This document shows positions 27,150-36,175 of a DNA stretch of 62,000 nt, piece by piece. Within the stretch, counting starts at the first letter, position 1. Every line of letters starts with the position of its first letter. The stretch comes from Wallemia ichthyophaga EXF-994. Lineage: Eukaryota > Fungi > Basidiomycota. The notes beneath the pieces are model-generated. The model saw nothing but the letters and a program-made list of their open reading frames with translations. It did no database searches and was not told the origin of the DNA. Location of the stretch: NCBI RefSeq assembly GCF_000400465.1, contig NW_008806284.1:1-62000 (forward strand), read 5' to 3'. The translations under genes and the position numbers were made by a program.

Positions 27150-28075
27150 TCAGGTCAGTCCAGGCTCTTCATCGATCGATCTCTTTATCTTGAGCATTAT
27201 CGTCGTCTTCCAGTTATCCAATTTAGTCATCTTGTCGTAATCCACAACTAGTCCCGTGTACTGCTCCTGATCGCCCTGCTCGATGGCGTCAATAGCGCCT
27301 GATAAGAATTTATATTCGCGCGACTGCTGGAAGGAGGGATCCATTTGGGTGTATTCCGCAATAGCGCGTCCCGCATCAACAATATCACCCGCAGCGAGCC
27401 AACAAAGCCCAGCCTTGAAGAAGTAATCCTTCACGCTGAATCTGGTGAGGGGTGATTCGAGTGACTGTTTAATCACCTTATCGTAGTTACTAATAGCGCG
27501 TTTGTACTGCTCGAGTTGTGCTGCGATATCTGCGACGTCTTTGTAACACGCGCTTGCTGTTGCCTTTGCATCCTCCTGTTCGTACCACTGCGCGGATTTC
27601 TCGTAGGATTCCAGAGCCAGTGTGAGATCGCCCTGCTCTGTGAGATGTATCGAGGCGATCTCTTTCATTCTGTCAGCAGCTTGTCTGAATCTGCCTGATT
27701 CGAGCAGTCCATTCACTGCTCTCTGGTAGGCGTCTACGGCGACTGATAGGAGGTTAATTAGGACGATTTAAAAGACAAACACTACACACGCTCTGGATTT
27801 GATTGCTTATATGCCTTGCCTGCCTCCCAGAAATGCTGGTTAGCTTCATTCCTCTCGTCTGCTTTTATGGCGCATTCTCCAGCCCTGACAAAGGCTTCAC
27901 CAGCCTCCTTGAACATCTGGTCGATTTTGAACTTATTCGCTGCATCTCTGAACATATCTGCTGCATCCTGCTTGCGCTCCCTGTTAGCACTAGCGCCCCA
28001 GCTAAACAATCCACCTGATTGGTTTGCCTTTTTCTCTGCTTTCTGGTATAATGCTGATCCCTGTGATTTTCCCAT
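27150..28075 (-). CDS. SEC17: alpha-SNAP (soluble NSF attachment protein)
   Basis: AEKKA, AADMF..AANKFK, GRFRQAA, FSVKDYFFKAGLC, DPSFQQSREY and KLDNWKT. Confidence 0.96.
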
Positions 28076-28125
28076 GTCTCGTCAGTGGATGTGCGTTGCG
28101 TGGATGATGACACTTGGACTTGCCA

Positions 28126-29018
28126 ATGAACCTTTATGATGTAAATAAAATTAACTTGACCCACTCGGCTGGCGATTGACGGACGCAATTCCAGGAAGTT
28201 AGACTCTACTCCAACACCGCCGAGCGCGATAGATTTGAGAACCTCGCCACGCTATTCGGCATCATACACTCGCTCGACTATTTGGAGAGAGCGTATGTGA
28301 GGGATTCTATAACGCAATCGCAGTACGCTCCTGCTTGCGTGAAGCTACTTGCGCAGTTCAAAACCATATTGAAGTTGGTAGCTGGGGATATTGCCGGATC
28401 TGTTGATGAATTCATGGCGCAGTATAATGTGAGTGTGGGGTGTTTTTTAAGTTTTATACTCAATTTGACCTTTCAGATGGATTGCCCTGCCGCTGCTCAT
28501 CGCCTGCATGTCGGTGTGCCTGCTACTGTCGAACACTCGGCGGAGGAGGGCGTCGAGACTGGTAAATGGGTAGCTGAAACGACTCAGGTGATTTTAATCT
28601 TTATGTTAGCTATTAAACCCCATCTAACACCCCAAAGTGCTTCATTACGTTTATGGATGCTCTCAGACTCAACCTGCGTGCTAAAGACCAGCTCCATCCC
28701 ATGCTAACAGACCTCATGAGCGTGTATTCCCGCTTCAAAGGCTCGGCAGAGTGGGAAGGTAGGCCGAAACTCGTTGGCTGGTGAGTGTTTCGATTTTTAG
28801 GTCATGTCGTATGTCGAATGTCTCACAATGTAAACAAATTTGCAGGTTGATCAGCCTCAACAAGATGAAAGCAGCTGATGAGATTACAGATGAGCAGTCA
28901 CGGCAGGTGAGTGTCTATTTAAACTCTTAATCCCAACTCAAACCCGCCACAGATGCTGTTCGACGTTGACCACGCTTATAACGAATTTTTTAGATCATTG
29001 GGTAACGACATTAATTAG
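28126..29018 (+). CDS. VPS28: ESCRT-I subunit Vps28
   Basis: MNLYD|EVRLY..ER..ENLATLFGII..LDYLERAYVRD, CPAAAHRLHVGVPATVEH, FITFMDALRL and LFDVDHAYNEF. Confidence 0.95.
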
Positions 29019-29515
29019 TACAAGATGTAAAGTGATTGTAAGAGTAGATAGACTGATAATGTTGCTATCGACGTCAGATTCGAGCTTGCAATGTTGTAAG
29101 CAGCTTGTGTTTTGAGGGTGTATGGTATGTGTTGGCTAAATTGTTGAATCTGGTGTATGTTTATACTCAAGTAGTTCAATGCAGGAAGAAGAAGCACTAA
29201 CAAGCTGGCCAATTCCAGCTTGTACCGCCTGTAGATGAAGGTGTTTATCAGCTGAGAAGACAGACCAAGGACAAAGAGCGTGTTCATGAACACCTTGACA
29301 GCCTGTGGGCTGTGGTTGAATGTGGTGTAGAATCCAATGGAGTTGTCTGCGTTGAATTTGTTTTGGGTGTCCACCAGAAGTTTCAGGTCCTGGGTGAGGC
29401 ATATGAAGAGAATGCCGAGGCTAAAAGAGACGGAAGAAAGGGTGATGCTCTTGAGGAATGTCCTAGAGGTATATAAGCAAAGACCTAGTAATCTTGAGTA
29501 TTTTCAGACTTGCAT
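29015..29515 (-). CDS. Shr3-like ER membrane chaperone for amino-acid permeases
   Basis: Four TM segments. Reconstructed N-terminus MTFLKSITLSSVSFSLGILFIC and last TM IASSNLTSIATLSVYLLLQ resemble the Shr3 family. The start requires a GC-AG intron at 29463-29513. Confidence 0.6.
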
Positions 29516-29591
29516 TTCCAAACACTTGATCGTTGTAAATGAAGCGCCTCTTGGTGAGTAACGACGAGGATACTTGAGATAATTATTTAAT

Positions 29592-30280
29592 ATGGTGAGC
29601 TATTAGGTGATATACTGCGATATATATATCTAAGCTCACCAAACCACAGCCACCTCCAAAGCCAAAGAACTCACGAATGCTGACGCTGATCAACTACAGA
29701 CTGAGAGTGACGCTTAACGACACTCGTCAGATAATTGGACAAATGTTGGCATTCGATAGGCATATGAATTTGGTTCTCGTTGATTCTATCGAGTTTAGAA
29801 GGCTCAAAGGTCCTTCAAACCAGGGCGACATTCCCAAAGAAATGAAGAGAGCGCTTGGACTAATTGTGCTGCGTGGAGAGACTATCATTTCAATATCCGT
29901 CGAAGGTCCACCACCAGTTAAGGATGAGGAACCAATTTCTGCTGGTCCTGGGCTCGGTGCTCCAGCAGGCAGAGGAATGCCACTGGGTGCAGGTATGGGA
30001 GCTGCCCCACCCGCTTTCCAGGCTCGTCCAATGCCATATGCTGGTGGTCCTCCACCTCCTGGGTTCCCGGGACCTGCGCCTGGATTCAGACCACCACCGG
30101 GGTGAGTTTTGCGCGAATTTTGAGTTGATTCAAAGTTAATAACGATGACTTAGATTCCCTGGTGCTCCTTCAATGCCTGGATTTCCAACACCGCCTCCTG
30201 GGTGAGCTATCTAAACCACCAAAACAATCCATACTAACACAGCAAACAGCTTCGGCGGTATGCGTCCACCACCAAGCTAA
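29592..30280 (+). CDS. SMB1: Small nuclear ribonucleoprotein SmB
   Basis: ATG-only first exon, then INYRLRVTLND.R.IIGQMLAFDRHMNLVL, LGLIVLRGETIIS and a Pro/Gly-rich tail. Confidence 0.95.
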
Positions 30281-30371
30281 GCAGGCCCAGAATATTTATT
30301 AAAAATTAATTTGTATCTCCCATAAACCTCCGCCTTCTCTCTTTCTGCTTGACGATCAACTGTATTATGCA

Positions 30372-32645
30372 ATGGCTATGGTGGGTGATATGGATATGGG
30401 CGTTATACACGCGTCTAATCGCAGCAAACAGGACGATATACACAACATAGTCACTGATAGCGTACAAGGCATCCTCACCGATGACGGCATCCCCGCTAGC
30501 CAGCTCCCAGATATCATCTCCAATCTCGCTCGAGACGGCCACCTCTCCAACTTTATCACCAAAGAGACGCTTGAGAATGTGAAGCACTTTGCCAGCACAG
30601 ACAGACTCAACGCGACATATGTCAGCCTCGATGGTTTGCTTTCTCTTATCGACTCTCTTCTCGTGTCCTCGCCAAAACAAGACAGCCTGCTCGATGAGGA
30701 GCCTCTCGACGAAATAAGCTTTATACAGAATATGGGTGATAGTCCTGTCACTAAAGATAAGGCTAAGGACGGCGTTACCCCAAAAATTAGTCGCACCAAC
30801 AAATTCAAAAGACCGAAACCAGCGCGTAAATTCGTCAGATCCAACTCGAGCTATACCGATACCAGTGACTACTACTCGTCTGACAATGATAACGATTTCG
30901 CTCTGCACTCTCCAACCAGCTCGCCGCCCCAGACACCAAATATCGACAACAAGGAAAATCTAAGCGGGTTTGACGGGCTGATGCTGTCGAATGCACCCTC
31001 TAACAACGCCTTATCGAATGTAGGTTGTTTTAGGTCAATATGAGGCAACTGACTCACTTCCTCAGGACGCTCTGATACACACCCAGAACCAGATCAAGGA
31101 TCTCGAGAAACGTAACGCGGATCTCGAGAAAAGGCTCAAGGAAGCTGAACGTTCGTACACGCAGACGACCAGTCAGAACGAAGACTATATATCCATCATG
31201 GAAGACCAGCTCAAGGAGGTAGGTCGTGTGGTGATGTGGGTTTAAAAGTGTCTAACGCACTCCCAGAATGATGCCAAGCTGGAAGCACTCGTGCGCGATG
31301 AGAAAGATTTGCGAGCAAAGGACCGCCAGAACATGTTCACTATCAACAAGCTCGAGCATGATATTGCAACATACCAGCGTCAGGCTGAGTCCGCGCGTAT
31401 CCAGGCTAGTAGTCTGCAGAGCCAATTGGGGGATGTGAATGGTGGGTGAAGCCTGCAGTGTGCATAGTGAGTGTTAATCACGCCATCCAGATGAAATCGA
31501 TTCCCTCCGAGATAGCCTCCGCGATAAGGACAGGGATGTTCGCGAAGCGCGTAGCAGGGCTGACAAATACGAGCATGAAATGGGCAAAGTGGGTGCTTGA
31601 TCATTCGAGTTTTTTCCTTTCTTACACTGACCAGTGGGAGAATGAGCGGAAGGGGTACGATGATGCACTCCAGCGCATCAAAACACATCTCGATGTGGCG
31701 AGGAAATCGGAGCGCGTGCTGGAGGTGCAAAAGACTGAGAATCTCGGATTGAAAGTGGGTGTTCTGTGCACGACATACTCCATACTAACACACCCTTCGC
31801 AGGAAACAATAGACAGACTGCGCGGTGATCTCAGCCATCAACTCGCCTACAACGGGAGTGGAAGTGGAGGGGCAGACGAGACGGGTGGACAGCTCGGCAG
31901 TGTGTCGCGTAATCTTGGCAAAGAGCTAGCGCGGCAGTTAACAGAAGACGGCGAGCATGATAATCAAAACCCCACTAACGCTCGCACTCGGCATGAATTG
32001 GGCGAGGGCGAGATTGAAACTATCGTTACTACGCGAAGAAGGAAAGTGAAACCAAGTGTGGAAGTGGCCGTTGGAGTTGGCTCGAAGGAGGGCGGTACCG
32101 CAGAGCATCATGGCTTGGAAGAAGCACAGGCAGACGCAGAACCTGCCATCGAATCACCTCCGCCGTACTCCCAGGGCCAGGCTGGATTTGAGTATGTTGA
32201 CGACGTACGCAAGGTGTGTAGCCGCGGAGTGCAAGTATCTGTAAATAGTCGGGGTGTCGATACGCAGACGGAAGTGGACAGTCAAGCGGAAATTAACGAT
32301 GGAAGCAAACGTGCCGATAATGAAAAAGAAACGAAAGGGAAAACTATATGGAGTAAATTATACGCCATATTCAAAATATCAAGTAGAAAACCAAACGTTA
32401 TACCTATATACTCCACCATAGTATTCCTGTGTGGGATGATTGGCGGTGCGTGGATACTGCCGTCGACGACAAGCTCCGTTGAGTCGCTCAGGACGGTGTC
32501 GGGGGTAGATGAGAGAGCCATGTTCGTCGCATACAACACATTCGAAGGCGCTACTTGGTTCCTAAACACTGATAATCGCCTCGTTCACTTTATTCAGAGC
32601 GTCGTGTGGAGCGGCGTAGACACGTCTCAGCTATTCCCGGCGTAG
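30372..32645 (+). CDS. Coiled-coil, tail-anchored membrane protein; KASH-like (Kms1/2-type) candidate
   Basis: EF-hand-like N-terminus, spliced coiled-coil exons, a single C-terminal TM (IVFLCGMIGGAWIL) and a short tail ending LFPA. Confidence 0.55.
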
Positions 32646-32899
32646 TGTAGACTATTGGCTATGACTTATGCATTCATGTTACCAAGACTGACAGTCAGCT
32701 GAATGAGGTGGAGATATGAAATGCTTGTTTGAATGACGTTACAAATGCTATAATTTAGCTGCTGGTTGTTTATTAGAGTAAGAAATTTGCAGAGAGATGA
32801 AATTAATCAAGTTGAGAGAGTAATAGTAATAGTCCAGTTGTAGATCTAAGAAAAGGCGGAAGAGGTCCTGGTTGGAATTGGCCAAAGCAGCAGCAGCGT

Positions 32900-33513
32900 C
32901 TAGATGAGGCATCCGACGGCAGTGAGGAGGAGAGCAGCGGCAGCAGTAGCGACGCCGGTGTGAGTAGCTGAGCTATCGTCGTCGTCGGTGTTGTCGCCGT
33001 CGCCATCGTTATTATTGTTAGGGTTAGTAGGGCTAGGCGAGGCAGTTGACGAAGAAGATGGAGTGTAGTTCTCGCTGAACGAGCTAGCCTGCGATGGGCT
33101 GAAGTTGGCGAAAGCTTTACCGTAGACTTGCGCTTGGGCCGAAAGGTTGAAACCGCCGTTGCTCAAACAGTCGACACATTCGTCGTTGCTGTTGAGTGTG
33201 TGCACCATTTCGGGATACACACACGAGTAGTATTCGGTAGTGTTGCCATTCGCGCTGTCGTGGCAATCGAGGTCTGATTGACGGAAATTCGAGCACGAGT
33301 TGTCGTAGCAGTTGCTCAGCTGGTCGTTGTGCGATGGGGTGACTGTATCCGTGGCGTCCGTGTCTGCTGAGGCGTCCGTGTCTGCGGAGCCGGTGTTGCT
33401 GCCGTCTGCAAGTGCAAATTAGTTGTCTGTGCCTGTGCGCAACAAGCCCACTTACCCTGAGCAAGAACACCAGTGAGGAGAAGGGCTGTAGAGAGAAGAG
33501 CTGTGATTTGCAT
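32900..33513 (-). CDS. Secreted, probably GPI-anchored 6-Cys cell-surface protein
   Basis: Signal peptide MQITALLSTALLLTGVLAQ, one intron, a 6-Cys domain, a Ser/Thr/Asp-rich stalk and a hydrophobic C-terminus VATAAAALLLTAVGCLI. Confidence 0.8.
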
Positions 33514-33632
33514 AGTCCTTGTATAAGAGTTGCTTGTGTTGGTTGTTACACTGCAAGAAGCCCCTGCACAGCCATTCTATTTAAATTTCGGCGGACAAAG
33601 TTCTGTGCATAAAAGACAGGGTATGTGCGCGG

Positions 33633-33672
33633 CAGCTGGCAGCTGGCAGGTGCAAGTGGCAGCTGGCAGGTG
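33633..33672. promoter_or_regulatory. Tandem array of six CANNTG (E-box-like) hexamers
   Basis: CAGCTG, CAGCTG, CAGGTG, CAAGTG, CAGCTG and CAGGTG at ~7-nt period, upstream of a TATA-like element of the GPI-protein gene. Confidence 0.45.
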
Positions 33673-33989
33673 ACAATGCGTGGCTGGTGTTTGCGCTTTT
33701 CCTTGTGCTTCTATTGCTTTTCTTGAGGCTGGTTCCTGAACGTACCCACTGAAACGATGCTGTGCTGTGCTGGCCATGTCGCCGATTAGAGGGTGGCGAG
33801 TGGATGAGTGGGTGCATGAGCGTGAGTGTGAGTGAGAATAACAAGAACAATATGGATATGCATATGAATTGCCCACAAGAAGACGCTAGGTCTCTCGGTG
33901 AATGAAACACCATCAGCGACTACAACGCCACGAATATTTTGTATTATTTATACATCTAATCCAACACACCTTGTTGCCGTCATACAACC

Positions 33990-34897
33990 ATGCGTCTAGC
34001 GATAATCGGCGGAAACGGATTCCTGGGCTCAGCGATAACGAAAGCCGCGGTCGGGCGCGGTTGGCAAGTGAGCAGCGTGAGCCAATCTGGGCGGCCATAT
34101 GCGTCACCGTCAGGCCACGCGCCGAAATGGACGAGCAGGGTGGGTGAGCGGTGCGAGAGGTGCGACGCACGCTAAACTAGCTGGACACACAGGTAGAGTG
34201 GCACCGCGGCCATGTGTTGGACGCGGAAACGTACCGGGAAGTGATAGCGGAGAGCGATGCGGTAGTGCACACGCCGGGTATACTGCTCGAATCTGACTAC
34301 AAGGGGGGAGTTATGGGTGCACTGAATGCACTGTGGCACTCGCACCAGCCCCCAAACCCGCTAAGTGGGGGACAGTACGAGCGGGTGAATAGAGACGCGG
34401 CTATGACGGTGTCTGGAGTGTTTCAAAAGACCAGAAGCGGCTCATCTGTAGATAACCCGTTCGTTTATGTCTCGGCAGCTGATGTATTCAGACCGCTGAT
34501 ACCGGCACGGTACATTTCAACTAAGAGGGAGGCGGAGGAGTGGATTGCTGGACTGGACGGTGTTAGAGCGGTGAGCCTCAGGCCGGGACTCATGTACCAT
34601 CCTCACACTAGACCGCTGTCGACCATTCCAGCGACGCTGATTGATGGACTCAATCATCTGACTAGGTGCGGCGAGGCGAATGCAAAGAGCATCCAACACA
34701 CGCAGCACATGCACTCATCACAATCATCACAATCATCACAATCCTCACAATCCTCATACAGCATTCTCAACTTGCTCCACACAAATGCTCTGCATATCGA
34801 CACAGTCGCAAACGGGGCACTCGAAGCTATCGCAGACAGCAGCGTGAGGGGGGCGCTGAGTGTGGAGGCCATCAAAGCGCTAGCCTGGAAGAATTGA
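33990..34897 (+). CDS. COQ11: Atypical SDR / NAD(P)-binding protein (Coq11/YLR290C-like)
   Basis: GGNGFLGSAITKAAV.RGW, DAVVHT.GILLE.DYK, YE.VNRDAA, FVYVSAA, YISTKREAE and RPGLMY. One intron. Confidence 0.8.
34715..34756 (+). repeat. 9-bp coding tandem repeat (TCATCACAA / TCCTCACAA) encoding SSQ repeats
   Basis: About 4.5 copies, giving HSSQSSQSSQSSQSS in the COQ11-like ORF. Confidence 0.85.
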
Positions 34898-34989
34898 GTG
34901 GAGAGAAAAGAATAAAATTTTACATATTTGGTCATATTTGATCATTGCGTGGTATTTGTGCTATTGATAGGCATATTCAGCGAGCGACG

Positions 34990-35832
34990 ATGAGAGTAAG
35001 GGGGATTGTTGAGAAGGGTAGACGCAGCACTCACGCGTGCTACAAGGAATGGCTCAATGTGCTACAGTACCGCACGAACCACAAGAAACCAGGGCGGCGG
35101 AAGAGGAGGGCGAGTGAGACGTCCAAAGACAGCGATAGTGAGGGAGGCGATGGCGATCGGGGGCTATCCAGCAAGCACCTCAACAAGCTCAAGCCGCTGC
35201 TCATGTCCAACTGTTCCGACACGCCTCTGCACATGAGTGGGGTGAGCATCGACACCAACACCAACTTGCACACCACGCTCGGCACTCCGCACGACACGGT
35301 GGATGAGAGTATTGGCGAAAAGGTCGAGAAGATGGCTCTGCGCGCGAAAACCAGAGCGTCTCTACCGCCTCCCAACAAGCTGCACTTGCAGAACACACAT
35401 GCTTACGACTTGGCGAAACTGTCAGAGCTGCGCGATAGTGACGAGAATTACGAGAAAGTTCACCGCGTAGCTCGCAAAGAGTGTAATAGACACTGCGCGG
35501 ATTGTCGAACACCAACACCGCTCTGGGCAGTGTATGCACTGCATGGCCAACCTATCGTACTGTTCATCTGCATACAGTGCTCAGGTTGGCACAGGTCGCT
35601 TGGTAGTCATATATCCAAAGTTAAGAGCGTCGAGTTGGATGAGTGGTCTGCTGAGCTTATCGATCTTGCGGAACGCACTGGGAATGTCGTGGGCAATAAG
35701 CTTTACGAAGCAACACTCCCAACCGCCCAAATACCCTCCCCTTCTTCCTCCACTTCAATAGATGTGGGCGAGTTTATTAGGAATAAATACCTCGATCGGT
35801 TGTGGGTGAGTGGGCGCGAGGAGGATAGATAG
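34990..35832 (+). CDS. ArfGAP-domain protein
   Basis: CADC..W..LFICIQCSG.HRSLGSHISKVKS..LDEW..GN..N..YE..FIR.KY. Likely start ATG AGA at 34990 followed by an intron. Confidence 0.85.
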   Translation: MRVRGIVEKGRRSTHACYKEWLNVLQYRTNHKKPGRRKRRASETSKDSDSEGGDGDRGLSSKHLNKLKPLLMSNCSDTPLHMSGVSIDTNTNLHTTLGTPHDTVDESIGEKVEKMALRAKTRASLPPPNKLHLQNTHAYDLAKLSELRDSDENYEKVHRVARKECNRHCADCRTPTPLWAVYALHGQPIVLFICIQCSGWHRSLGSHISKVKSVELDEWSAELIDLAERTGNVVGNKLYEATLPTAQIPSPSSSTSIDVGEFIRNKYLDRLWVSGREEDR

Positions 35833-36175
35833 ATGCGTGTGTAGGTGAGTGTGTGGTTAAGTGCATTTGCACACATGCACACATGACACAATACATAACA
35901 CATAGTAATAATTGTATACCACTACCATGATAATATTAAGAGTTCATATAATGGACAAAATATGGATTATTATGCAAAAGCGCTGCTCAGAACCACCCAT
36001 TTACCCCAAACTTCTTGCGCGAGGCCCACAGATAGTTGCATGTGTCGGAACATGTATAGATGGATATACTTACATATCCATACGCACACTTGTTAAAAGC
36101 AAAGTAATAATCGTTTGTCACTACCATGATAAGAGCATATGTAATAGATCTAGGCAAATTACACAAAAGCACCCC

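Noticed and set aside
30306-30908. 200-aa minus-strand ORF and overlapping 159-aa ORF
   Set aside because: Antisense shadows of the KASH-like exon, with no recognisable motifs or independent splice structure.
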